Translations under genes and position numbers: made by a program | The notes under the pieces: generated by a model | Seen by the model: only the letters and a program-made list of their open reading frames with translations | Database searches by the model: none | What the model was told of the DNA's origin: nothing | NCBI RefSeq assembly: GCF_011386835.1 | Contig: NC_088803.1 | Span: 5,952,001-6,016,000 of the forward strand | DNA: 64,000 nt | Direction: 5' to 3' | Source of the DNA: Chrysemys picta bellii | Lineage: Eukaryota | Shown here: in pieces, positions 52,801 to 64,000 of the stretch | How positions within the stretch are numbered: the first letter of the stretch is position 1 | Layout of the letters: each line of letters begins with the position of its first letter

Positions 52801-55800
52801 CCCCTCCTGCACCCCAACCCCCTGCCCTGAGCCCCCTCGTACAGCCCACACCCCTCCTGCACCCCAACCCCCTGCCCTGAGTCCCCTGCCTCACCCCGCA
52901 CTCCTCCTGCACCCCTGCCCTGAGCCCCCTCCTGCACTCTGCACCCCAACCCCCTTCCCTGAGCCCCCTCCTATACCCCCAGGGCCGGCTCTACGTTTTT
53001 TGCCGCCCCAAGCAAAAAATGTTTGTCTGCCCCACCCCAGGCCTGGGCTCTCCCCTCGCACTCCCTGCTGCCCCAGCTCTGGGCTCCCTGCCTTCCCCCC
53101 CACCATTGCCCCCCCCCACACCCTGCTGCCCCAGCCCTGGGCTCCCTCGCCCCCCACCTGCACCCTCCTTCTGCCCCAGCCCTGGGTCACTGGTAACTCA
53201 CTCCCAGGGCCGGTCATTCGGCAGGAATTTTAGATGTGCACAGAACACAGACAGGATTGGTTTCCATATGGTTACAGAACTGCAGTGAAGGGGAACCATT
53301 TTCAGCTTGTGTGATTGGAGGATATCTGGATGCATATTATAAGACTGTCCTACATAAATGAGAACAAGTTGAGGTGCCTTTATTATTCTTTCATTCCACT
53401 CTTTGTTTCTATGGGGAATTTGCCAATGCAATATCACTGTCTTCCTTTTAAACAAACAAAACTAAAAAAAAATGGCAATGGCTGTTGAAAATAACCACTG
53501 GGAAGCATTTCTTGCTCAATTTATCCTACTTTTTCTACAGCAAGTTCCAGTGGATCAGTATATTTGATTTGGGAGAAATGAAGTAACAGCTGCCCAAACT
53601 GAGCGTGAGCACGCCTGAATTTTGAGGTGTTCAAATCCGGAAGGCAGGTGCTAGATTCCCTTTCTGAATATTAGCTAAATCTGGAGAGGAAAAGTCAATT
53701 CCTGCTTCCAGGGCTCAGAAGTGGAAATCCTCCTACGTGCCTGGTTCTGTATCTAAAGCTGCCCAGGTCCAGAGCCTCCCCGCCCTTACTTTTCATTTTA
53801 AATTCTAGTGGGATCCACCTACCTCCCTTGCTAGGCTTCGGGGGGCACTGTCCATTCAGTCCACCCAATTCCTTCTTTGGGGGCTGCCAGGCGAGGTCAC
53901 ACCAGTACCCCTAATCCAGGCTGGGGATGTCTTCTGAAGGGGATATCTAAAGCCTTCTACTCCTTGGGCACATTTGTTCCCCATTCACAGAGCCCCCCCG
54001 CTGTAGCAGTGAGCTCTCCATTCACAGCAAGCTGCAGCATGAGGTTTCAGCTACCATACTCCCTCCCCCTCCCTTTCCCATTGATAGCGGCCAAGGGAAT
54101 GCTGGGAAATGTAGTTCTTTCCCTGCTCCAGGGCTGGCTCAATAGGCAGGAGCTAATGAAGGAACTACAGCTCCCAGGGCCCCCTGTTGGTTCTCAGCTC
54201 CCTTGCTTGATCCCTGCCGGCTGCCGCCCCTGCAAATGGGCTGCCCCAAGCACCTGCTTGCTTTGCTGGTGCCTAGAGCCGCCCCTGTACACCCCGCACC
54301 CCTCCTCTGCCCCAATCCCTTGCCCTGAGCCCCTTCCTGCACACCGCACCCCCTCCCACACCCCGCACTCCCTCCCACACCCCAACCCCCTGCCCTGCAT
54401 ACAATTTCCCCACCCAGATGTGGCCCTCGGCCCAAAAGGTTTGCCCACCCCTGGCCTAGTGGATCTCAGACAATACTCTCTCCCCGCTAAACAGTAATTG
54501 TGTATTGCTGGCCCATACACTAAGGGATATGGCTTCCCTGCCCCATGCAGTACTCCGGTATCATGCACTCATACTGCAGGGAGAGACCTAGAGCAAACGA
54601 ATACTCAGGCACCACTGGACTATACTCCAGGGGGGCGTTATCCTCCAGCACGCAGTAAGTGGCCACCACTGGTGCGTAGTCGGGGGCTGTGCCCACAGTG
54701 TGAGGTACCCCAGACTGCTATTGTTGCTCACAGTACTTGGGTACCAATGGAGTATAGTCCAGAGTTGGTCTCTACAGCCAGATGGAATCGCTCAAGTACT
54801 CCGGCAGCATCAGCCAATCCTCGGCTTGCCAAAGAGCGCCTGGGTATTACGGGATGAGTCCCTGCCCCCTCCAGTACTCGGGTACCGTTCTGTCACGTGG
54901 CCAACAGGGAGGCGCCTACCTCTGCCCAGCAGCCAGCGATGGTAGAACCAGGCGCTCTGGTCGTTGGGGTCGGTGAAGAAAGCGTTTTGCACCAGCTCCA
55001 GCTCTGGCAGGGCAAGAGAAGAAAGCAAGGTGGGGGACGAGGCACGGGGCCTTTCTCCTCTAGGGGACGCCGGCCCCAATCTGGGCCCGGGGCAGGGACT
55101 GGCTGGCTCAGGGGGGCAGGGAATGGGACACAGGGCCTGTCCTCTCTAGAGGGTGCTGGCCCCGATCCAGCCCCAGGACGCTCTCCTGGCCCTCCCCATG
55201 AGCGGTCTGAGGCACAGTCGCCCCAGGGCAGGTTCCCAGGTGCCGTCCCTGTCTCTGAAGCTGGCGGCACTCGGCTGGGGAACTCATGCCAAGGCCACAG
55301 GGAGCTGGGCGAGGCCGGTGCCTCCTCTGGCCTGCAGAACCCGTCAGCAACGTCCCAACTGGGTCAAGCTTCCAGGAATGGCGTCTCTGCCAAGTTCAGG
55401 GCGGGGCAGAGGCTCAGGGATCTCTCCAAGCAGGTGGGGGCCTTCGCCAGGAATGACTCCACCCATGGGCCAGGCCACTGGCTGGCAAGGAACCCAGGAG
55501 TCCTGGCTCCCAGCCTGCTCACTCTACCCACTAGCGCCACTTCCAGAGCCAGGAGAGAACCCAGGAGTCCTGGCTCCCAGCCCCCAACCACTAGACTCCC
55601 CTCCCCGAGCTGAGAGAGAACCCAGGAGTCCTGGCTCCCAGCCCCCTCACTCTAGTCATCAGCCCTCCCCGAGCTGGGAGAGAACCCAGGTGTCCTGGCT
55701 CCCAGCCCTCGCCCGGCGCCCTGACCTTTGAGCAGCACGGCCTCGGTGGGGCGGCCCGGCTGCCGGGGGTCGGGGTGCAGCCGGGGCAGCAGGCGGCTGC

Positions 55801-58800
55801 GGTAGTGCCAGGACGAGTAGTTGGAGAAGTTGCGGGTGATGAGGCGGTCGGTGAAGTGCAGCTCGTCTGCGGCCGACACCTGGGCGCGCTGCACCACGAA
55901 GCGCCGGTAATCCCAGCAGTGAACTGCGGGAGCGCCAGAGAGCGGGGGGGGGGGTCAGAGACCGAATCCCTGCTGCCCCCAACCCCGCTGCCCATGGCCC
56001 CGCGCCACCCGAGCACCTGCGGGTGTGAACTGGGGGAATGCCAGGGCTTGGGGGTCACAGGTGGGGCTAGAGGTCAGAAGTCAGGGCAGCGGGATTCTGG
56101 GGGTTCAGGGTGGATCCGGGGTTAGCGGTAAAGGCAACAGGGTTTTGGGATTGATCTGGGGTCAGAGGGTATGTGGGTGGATCTGGGATCAGAGGTCAGG
56201 GAAGGGAGAGTTTGGGGGTGGATCCAGGGTTAGAGGTCAGGACAGTGAGGTTCAGAGGTGGATCTGGGGTCAGAGGCCAGGGCGGTGGGGTTCGGGGTGG
56301 ATCTGGGGTCAGAGATCTGGGGGTTTTCAGGGGTGGATCTGGGATCAAAGGCTGGAGTGGATCGGGGGTCAGGGCAGTCAGGTTTGGGGTTGATCTGGGG
56401 TCGGGACAGTAGGGTGGATCTGGGGTCAGGGCAGGGGTGGTCCGGCGATAGATCTGGGGTCAGAGGTCAGGGGTTCAGGAGGATTTGGAGTCAGAGATCT
56501 GGGTTTTTTTGGGAGGATCTGGACTCAGAGGTGGGAGATGGACCCAGGGTCAGAGGTATGACGGTTTCAGGGTGGACCTGGGATCAGAAGTCAGGAGTTT
56601 GGGGGTGGACCTGGAGTCAAAGGTTGGGGGAATCCAGGATGGATCTGGGGTCAGATGTCGGGGGTATCCAGGGTCAGAGGTCAGGGTTTTTGGCGGGGGG
56701 GGATTGGGGGTGAGGGGATTTGGTGGGGATCTGGGGCCCAGCTCACAGTTGCGTTCGTCGATCTCCAGGAACTTGGCACACAGCTCCAGCTCGCGGGCCC
56801 AGTCTGGGTGGGGGATGTGCTCCATCACCCAGCAGCGGTGGTGCCACGTCCCGTACGACTTGGGGTTCACCCGCAGGCAGGACTCCAGGAACGAGAGCTC
56901 CCCGCGGCACAGCAACTGCATCTCTTCCGGGGACCTGTCACGGGGGATGGGTCAGAGCCAGGGACTCCCCTGGGGACCTGCCACTCAGGGGGGTCAGAGC
57001 CGAGGAGCCTCCCAACCCCAACCCAACCGCCCTGGGGACCTGCCACTGGGGGGTCAGAGCTAGTGACCCCGCCAAACCACAGTCAATCCCATATTGACCC
57101 CAAGACTCCCCCTCTTCCAGGTTCCCTGCGACCCCCCCAAACTACCCCCCTTCTCCCCCTCCCCTAACCTCCCCCCTCACCTCCAGGCCCCCGCTCTACC
57201 CCTCATCCTCTATACCCCCCTTCCCCAGCTCCCCCATCCCTCCCCCTCCATACCTTCCTTCCCTGCCCCTCTGGCCCTCTCCCCCTAGACTTCCCTCCCC
57301 CGCCCCTCCAGACCCCCCTCACCCCTCCGGCTCCAGGCGGAGGAGGATCTCCCGGCGGAAGTTCCAGAGGGTGGCGAAATCGGGGTTGACCCCCAAGATC
57401 TGATTGGTCAGCTCCAGCGCCTCTTTGTCCAGCTGTCCTGTCTTCCTCTGGGGAGGGAAAAGGTCAGAGGGTCAAAGGTCATGCCACAACCCTCACCTGG
57501 AGCCACCCTATCTCACCCAAAGGATAAAGAGGTCAGGGGTCACCATTCACATCAATGTCCCTCCCACAGTGGGGTGAAATGTCAGGGGTCAAAGGGCAAC
57601 TATTCTACCCGCCCATGCCAACATTTGACCAACAGGCAGTGGTCAAAGGTCACCTGACCACATCTGCTTCTGATCAAGGGTCAAAGGCCATGAGCCAAAG
57701 GGCATAACGTGTCATGACCACTCACGAGCCAGAAGAAAGTCAAGGGTTAACGTTGACCTAATTCTTCAACCTCAGCTATCTCCAGTCACCCAATGGGAAT
57801 ACAGCAGGGTCAAAGGTCATCCTAGATACAGGTCAAAGGCCACCGAACATCCAACTGCTTCTGGCCCAGAGGGGAATGGTCAGGGGCCAAGGGTCACACA
57901 CTCATCCAACCATCTCCAACTGAGGGGAGAGGTCAGAGATCAAAGGTTGCACCTTAACTACTCATGACTCAGAGGGGAAGAGTTCTGGGGGACAAACAAC
58001 ATCAGTGGGCCAACATCAAAGGTCAGAGTTATCTTCCTCTCTGGTTTGGGGGGAGTCAGGTCAAAGGTCATTCTGACCAGGAGGGATCCAGGCTAAGGGG
58101 GCACCCACTGGAAGAAAGGTCAAGGTTCAAAGGTCAGCATGCCCCCAATAGCCCATGATGGGGAAGGTCAGGTTTCAAAGATCACTGTGCAGCCAATCCA
58201 CACAAGGCGTAGTGTAAAGTCAGGGGTCAAAGGTTACAGCACAGACTGACCAAGCAGAGCGAGGGAAAGGCCATGAGGTCAAAGGTCAATGTGCAGTGGC
58301 TGAGCATAAAGGTCATACTGCACCCCAGGAAGCCATGCTGAGTGCAAGGGTCAGGGGTGAAAGGTCAGCAGGAAGCCTGCTCCCCCCACCTGCCCCCAGC
58401 CAGCAGGGCGCAGGGCATGCCCCCAGCCCATCTCACCTTCTCAAAGATGGCGGTCGTGGCGGCTACGTATTGACGTAGCTTCTTCTCCCGCTCCAGGCGC
58501 TTGGCCTCGGCCTGCTCCTCCGTCGTCTTTACCTTCAGACGGCCGTGCTGGGGGGGAGGAGGCTGTGTAAATGGGGAGGGGTGGTTGCTGCCCCAGGCCT
58601 TCACACCATGCTCCCTGCCCAGGTGCATTATGGAATTGAACAAGGGCAGGTGTCGGGGCCACGTGATTGCACCCACAACCCTGAATATGAAACCAGATCC
58701 TGTGGGGCAGTTCTGGGGGCAGGAACACCCCTGGGGGGTAGCAGTAATCCCTGGGAGGTCGCTGGAGACTGCCCCTGTATTGGGCACGGGGCCGGGAACC

Positions 58801-58927
58801 CAGGCATGCAGTGTGCCTGGGGTTGTGTTCAGTTACCCCAGGGCAGTAACTGGGGAGTGGGGCTTGGATCACCCCCTGAGGGGCAATGGGTGGGGGCTGG
58901 GGTAGCCGATGGGACTGCACTCACCAT
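45714..58927 (-). CDS. RABGGTA: Rab geranylgeranyltransferase alpha subunit, 16 coding exons, 565 aa
   Basis: Exons 58927-58925 (ATG), 58547-58437, 57447-57323, 56934-56747, 55923-55726, 55003-54920, 48550-48468, 48397-48296, 48065-47960, 47889-47838, 47390-47302, 47141-47053, 46954-46838, 46447-46334, 46116-46029, 45862-45714 (1698 nt). [13 protein letters not shown] repeats ([47 protein letters not shown]), C-terminal LRRs; AATAAA on minus at 45644-45649. Confidence 0.97.
49447..49665. mobile_element. Penelope-like element remnant (inverted pseudo-LTR pair)
   Basis: About 90-bp arms: aaagaacaggagtacttgtggcaccttagagactaa and its reverse complement. Confidence 0.8.
49674..51872. mobile_element. 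Tigger/pogo-like non-autonomous element carrying a nested hAT
   Basis: (C/T)AGTAAC(T/A)CCTCGC termini with TA at 49672-49673 and 51873-51874. Confidence 0.75.
50158..51348. mobile_element. Nested hAT non-autonomous element
   Basis: Termini CAGTGGTGAGCT/GAGCTCATCACGG; 8-bp TSD CGCTGACC/CACTGACC (7/8). Confidence 0.75.
52167..54453. mobile_element. Charlie-like hAT composite with internal tandem repeats and further nested elements
   Basis: CAGCGGTGGGCAAAC...GTTTGCCCACCCCTG termini; TSD not recognisable; cccctcgtacagcccgcac array at 52580-52870. Confidence 0.6.
55490..55710 (-). repeat. Tandem concatemer of MIR/CORE-SINE-like tRNA heads
   Basis: Four gaacccagg(a/t)gtcctggctcccagcc units, with ctagtggtt/ctagtggg A-box-like motifs on minus. 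Confidence 0.6.
56090..56740. repeat. ggatctggggtcagagg minisatellite, RABGGTA intron 4
   Basis: More than 20 degenerate units. Confidence 0.85.
57461..58290 (+). promoter_or_regulatory. Cluster of nuclear-receptor DR1 elements (RGGTCA-A-AGGTCA) in RABGGTA intron 2
   Basis: Perfect DR1 at 57469, 57807, 58058, 58276; GGTTCA variant at 58124; near-perfect at 57586, 57640, 57678, 57830, 58224. Function not shown. Confidence 0.55.
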
Positions 58928-60489
58928 GGTGACTCAGCCGTGGGGGAGCCCAGAGACAAGAAATCAGGGTCCAGACTCTGAACCTACTGGATCTAAAGGA
59001 GAGGAGAGGTGAGGGTTGGGGGGATCCAGCACCGAGACAGCCCCGCTGTGCCCATCCCCGACTCGGGGAACTCAGGCCCCCAGGGCTGCGTGCACGACGA
59101 GGGACCCAGGTGTCCGGGGACCCCCAGGGCTACTTGCACGACGAGGAACCCAGGCGTCCGAGGGCCCAGTGGATTCACACTGCCACTCATGCCAACCCCA
59201 GATCATGCCGCCAGGTGCATTCTGGGACTGGGTCAGAGTAGCCACTGGGCCAGGCCATTGCATGCCCCTCACCTCCTGCCCGCCCCTGCCTGCTTAGCCC
59301 CGCCCCAGGGGCGCTGAACCCGGAGGCATCCCCCTTGATCCGGATTCCGAGGCCTCCCCCCGCCCAGGGCATGGAATGGTCTCTCCCGGAGAAACTGGCC
59401 GGGCTCCCAATGCGGCGATACCAACCTGCGGAGGGCCACGGGGGCCGGACTGGCTGCACCCAGAGGCCCCCAAGGGGCAATACCAAAGCGCGGGCGGGAG
59501 GCAGGGGTGAGATAGAACCGCCCGGCTGACTGCAGCGCAGGACTCCTGCGGGCAATACCAACCACCGCACACAGAGAGGGGAGAGTCTGCTAGGACTTTA
59601 CCATCCCTCTCCTTCCCTGCACCGAGCATAGAGAACAGCCCGCCAAGCGGGAGAGAAAGTCCCCATTCTTAAAGGGGCTGCTTCGCTCTTAAAGGGGCAG
59701 GGTTTGAGTAAATGTTGGGGGTGGGGGGAATGTTTCCAAACTTTCATGGGATCTAGTCGGTGGGTGGGTGCAACTAGGGCCCAGGACTCCTGAGTTCTAT
59801 CCCCTGTTCTGGGAGGGGAGGGGAGTCTAGTGGTTAGAGCAGGGGGCTGGGAGCCAGAACTCCTGGGTTCTATGCCAGCTTGGGGAGGGGAGTGGGGTCC
59901 GGTGGATTGGGCTCCTGGGTTCTGCTCCCCGCCCAGCCCTGTCACTCTGAGCCATGCTGAGTGTTCAGGTCGAACGCACCCTAATTGCTGCTTTCGGTGG
60001 GTGTTGGCGTCCCAGCCGGGAGGGGAATTGTGAGTCACACAAGGTCGGGAAGCCTGGCCAGTTGGCACCAGCCCAGCATTCCCCAGTATTCTCTTACACC
60101 TGGACACCTGGGTTCTTCCCCGTCTGCCCCGGGGAATGCCAACTCCCCACCCACCCACCTACTCACAGTCAGTCTTGGGCCCACGTAGGTGCGTAGATGT
60201 GACGCATTAGCTTTGCACAGCCTGGGCAGTAAGGGCTGGGTGATGTCAGAGCCGAGTCATTGGGGGGTGCCCCCAGGGCACGGGGCATGGTTGTGGATTC
60301 CTGCGGGGCTTGGCGCTGGAGCAGGGATCTGCCAGTCGATGTATGGCCCCTGCCCTGCGGGGACACAGACCTGGGCCCATTCGAGCCTGACACAGTGTGC
60401 ACCAGCCCCACGCAGGGCACAGGGGTGACAAGCCAGGCCCATGGACCAGGGGGTGGGTCCTGGTGGGGCGCTGTGCCAGAGGGTCCCAG

Positions 60490-60810
60490 CCCAGCCTCCC
60501 CTCTCGGCCTGGCCACAGGGGGCACTGCGCCAGGGGGTCCCGGCCCTGCCCCACCTCTCGGCTTGGCCACAGGGGGCACTGTGCCAGAGGGTCCCGGCCC
60601 AGCCCCCCCTCTCGGCCTGGCCACAGGGGGCACTGCGCCAGGGGGTCCCGGCCCTGTCCCACCTCTCGGCCTGGCCACAGGGGGCACTGCGCCAGGGGGT
60701 CCCGGCCCTGCCCCACCTCTCGGCCTGGCCACAGGGGGCACTGTGCCAGAGGGTCCCGGCCCTGTCCCACCTCTCGGCCTGGCCACAGGGGGCACTGTGC
60801 CAGGGGGCTC
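60490..60810. repeat. 54-bp tandem repeat (6 copies)
   Basis: ggccacagggggcactg at 60511, 60565, 60619, 60673, 60727, 60781. Confidence 0.92.
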
Positions 60811-60830
60811 CTGCATGTGCAGGATGAGGC

Positions 60831-62076
60831 TAGGGTTGCTAGGCATCTGGTTTTCGACCGAAACGCCTGGTCGAAAAGGGACCCTGGCGGCTCCGAAGGG
60901 GTCCGGGGGCTAAGGCAGGCTCCCTGCCTGCCCTGGCTCCTCATGGCTCCCAGGTCCTGGCGGCCACAGATGCTCCATATGCTGCCCTGGCCCCAAGGGC
61001 TGGCTCCACAGCTCCTATTGGCCAGGAACCGTGACCAATGTGAGCTGTGGGGGCGGTACCTGCAGGCCTGAGGGCAGCATGCAGAGCCTCCCTGGCTGCC
61101 CAAGCGCCTAGGGGTGCAGGGACCTGGCGGCTGCTTCCGGGAGCCGCAGTGAGACTCACTGGGACCCCAAACCCCCTCCCACATCCCAACCCCCTGCCCC
61201 AGCCCATTGCCCCCTTCTGCACCCCAAACCCCTCATCCCTGGCCCCACCCCAGAGCCCACATCCCCAGCTGGAGCCCTCACCCTTCCCGCACCCCAACCC
61301 CTTAACCCAGCCCAGACCCCCCCCCACCCCAGCAACCCTCCTGCACCCCAAACCCCTCATCCCTGGCCCCACCCCAGAGCCCACATCCCCAGCTGGAGCC
61401 CTCACCCTTCCCGCACCCCAACCCCTTAACCCAGCCCAGACCCCCCCCCACCCCAGCAACCCTCCTGCACCCCAAACCCCTCATCCCTGGCCTCACCCCA
61501 AAGCCTTCACCCCCCCGCATACCAACTCCCTGCCCCAGCCCGGACCCCCTACTGCACCCAAACTCCTTCCATCCCGCAGCCCTCAACACCTGCCCCGTCC
61601 CAGCCCTGAGCCCCCTTCTGCACCCCAAACCCCTCATCCCCAGCCCCACCCCAGAGCCCGCACCCCAACCCCCAGCCTGGAGCGCCCCCAGTCCCTCCTC
61701 CTGCACCCCAACCCCTCATCCCCGGCCCCACCCCAGAGCCCACACCCCAATCCCCAGCCTGGAGCCCCCCCAGTCCCCCCTCCTGCACCCAAACCCCTCA
61801 TCCCTGGCCCCACCCCAGAGCCCACACCCCAATCCCCAGCCTGGAGCCCCTCCCTCCTCAGCGCCCCCTCCTGCACCCCAACCCCTCATCCCTGGCCCCA
61901 CCCCAGTGCCCCCCAGCCAGCCCGGTGAAACTGAGTGAGGGTGAGGGCCGGAGGAGAGTGAGGGATAGAGAGAGGGGGGGATGGAGCGGGCGGGGGCGGG
62001 GCCCCAGGAAAGGGGCGGGGCATATGCGGGGTCTAGGGGCGGGGCGGGGGTGTTCTGGTTTGTGTTGGCGGCACTA
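60831..62076. mobile_element. hAT non-autonomous element abutting the NOP9 promoter
   Basis: TAGGGTTGCT.../...GGCGGCACTA termini; 8-bp TSD GATGAGGC/GATGAAGC (7/8); internal ccccagagcccacac repeats. Confidence 0.75.
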
Positions 62077-62233
62077 GATGAAGCCCCGCCCCTCCCATAG
62101 GACTTGTGGCTTAGTGCGCGGGGCATGCCGGGACAGGGGCGGGGCTGGGCGCATTGCATGCCGGGACAGGGGCGGGGCATGCCGCGGTAGCCGAGCTCCT
62201 CTCGCGGGCCCCACGTGCGCTCCGGGCCGGGTT

Positions 62234-64000
62234 ATGGCGGACCCGCCCCGAGGCGGCGGCGTTGGGCGCAAGCGGCGGCGGCCCGGGTCGGACCCCCCCG
62301 GGCTGGGGGCGCGGCCCCGCCTGGATCCCGACGCCGCGGGCTACTTCCGCCGGGCCGCCGAGAGCCTCCGGGCCGGGCTGGGGCCGGGCAGCGAGCGGGG
62401 TGAGCGGGGGCGCGCTGGGGGTGCTCGGCGCTGTACGTCTCTCACTGTTGTCCACCCGCCCCCCTGGGTGGCGGCTTGGGGGTGGTGGGGTCGCTGGGGG
62501 ATGCACAGCGCTGTATGTCTTCCACTCTGTCCTCCCCCCATGTCTGTTCGTCACCAATGTGCTGGAGGACGCCTGGGGGGGTGTCCCAGGGGGGTGCACG
62601 GCGCTGTACATCTCTTGCTGTATTGTCCCCCCTCCCCAGGTCTGTTCATCACCAACGTGCCGGAGGAGGTGGCGGGGGGATAGTGGGGTCACTGCGGGGT
62701 TGTGACGATGCTGCCCGGGGGAGCCAGCTGAGGTCACTCAATCAGGGTGAACTGCAAACAGAACGGGGCAAACCCCAAACGCTGGTGGATCTTCCAATCC
62801 TTAGATTTACCAACCAGCCCAAACCAGCCTCTGTATTACCTCACGGGGGCCTCAGAAGTTCCCTTAAAGTGCCCAGCGCCAGGCCTCCACCCAGACACAC
62901 CTGTCAGGTCTGATGATGATTTGAACATTTTATCTCATCATATAAAAAAAAGGTTCTTCTAACCCCAAAGGATCAGCCACACCCCCAGGTCCAATGAGAA
63001 CATAGATCTTACCCCCAATACGCACTTATAGTCAATTCCTGTTAACTAAGCTAAAATTATTATAAAAGAAGAGCAAGAGGGTTGGTTAAAAGATGAATAT
63101 ACAGACGGACGCCTTCAGTTCTTGAGGGTTAGATACATATAGCAGAGATGAGCCTGTCGTTGCCAAATGTCCTCTTAGAAATAGTCCAATGTCCATATTC
63201 AGGGTGACTCCAGTCAATAACTGGGGAGCTCAGGCCTTGTGGCTCAGGGTTTCCCCCTCTTGAAACCCAAAGCAGATCTCTGATGAAGGCTCGTGTCCCG
63301 GGGTTTTTATACATTTCCAGCAGCCTTTTGGCCTGAGAAAACAATAGGCTTCACTTCCCTTCTCCTACCATCCTGGCAATTAGCACAGGGTAACTTATCC
63401 ATTAAACAGTTCAGATACAAAAAGAACAGGCGTACTTGTGGCACCTTAGAGACTAAAGTGCTACATGTACTCCTATTCTTTTTGCGGATACAGACTAACA
63501 CGGTTGCTACTCTGAGTTCAGATACAGGTTGCCACAACCTTCAAAGAGACATATAGACAATAATACTATTTCCCTCAAGTATCTTCATAAATATTACAGT
63601 GCTGCTCCTTTTTTGATCTCTGAATCAAAGCTATAGCAATAGATGAGACTTGTTTGCTGACGTTACAAGACCTGAGCAAACATCTCCCCTCTAGCTCTGA
63701 CAATGCAGGTTGCATTTCAAAGCTCTATGTATTTACATATCTTCCTAACCAGTCTTTATAAAGTTTGGCCCTGGGTCAGGTCAGTCTGTGAGTTAATTAA
63801 CTCTTTCTGGCCCTGTGTCACCTTTCAATGGGAGATTATATTCCACTCATAATGTCACAGGGGTGCATGGTGCTGTACATCTCTCACTGTGTTCTCCCCT
63901 CCAGGTCTGTTCGTTACCAACGTGTTGGAGGAGGCGGTGGGCTCCGCGCTGCCCCTGGCCCTGGACCCTTCCGGCTCCCTGCTGCTCCAGGCCCTGCTGC
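62234..64000 (+). CDS. NOP9: NOP9 nucleolar Pumilio-repeat protein, exons 1-2 (5' partial gene)
   Basis: Exon 1 62234-62399 (RLDPDAAGYFRRAAESLR, donor G|GTGAGC); exon 2 from 63905 (GLFVTNVLEEAVGSALPLALDPSGSLLLQALL); resembles recalled human HLSPEALGYFRRAL...LMVHNIMKEV...GSEMLQELL. Confidence 0.85.
62701..63859. mobile_element. Solo LTR (1159 bp) in NOP9 intron 1, with nested Penelope remnant (about 63420-63515)
   Basis: TGTGAC...GTCACA ends; perfect TSD GGGGT (62696-62700, 63860-63864). Confidence 0.8.

Noticed and set aside
60490-60810. 54-bp repeat as a strong CTCF array
   Set aside because: GGCCACAGGGGGCAC is one base short in the 5' half of the motif; much weaker than the arrays at 1-509 and 25945-26215.

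Overview
GC-rich eukaryotic genomic DNA, almost certainly from a turtle (tortoise-type tRNA-Lys/CR1-tail SINE, turtle-style Penelope pLTRs), syntenic with human 14q12. Eight genes were reconstructed exon by exon with GT-AG junctions and consistent phases: TSSK4 (last exon, +), MDP1 (-), NEDD8 (-), GMPR2 (+), TINF2 (-), TGM1 (-), RABGGTA (-) and NOP9 (first two exons, +). CHMP4A and DHRS1, which lie inside this block in human, were not found. MDP1 intron 2 holds a very young full-length Gmr1-type Gypsy LTR retrotransposon (PR-INT-RT-RH order, SCAN-like Gag, LTRs 421/422 identical, 5-bp TSD), whose otherwise continuous ORF is broken only by a 168-bp hAT MITE with a perfect 8-bp TSD. The main unexplained pattern: at least eight exon-intron junctions in five genes (MDP1, GMPR2 x2, TINF2, TGM1 x3, NOP9) are copied into the adjacent intron as tandem repeats that carry exon-end sequence plus GT or AG dinucleotides, many intact. 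These form arrays of decoy, poison or possibly recursive splice sites. A second pattern: several minisatellites are homotypic arrays of transcription-factor motifs (12 CTCF sites, about 10 nuclear-receptor DR1s, 4 NF-Y boxes, 6 ZNF143/SBS sites). No CRISPR, rRNA or bona fide tRNA gene was found. Most long ORFs in the supplied track are artefacts of GC-rich repeats. All coordinates were derived by hand, without database searches.
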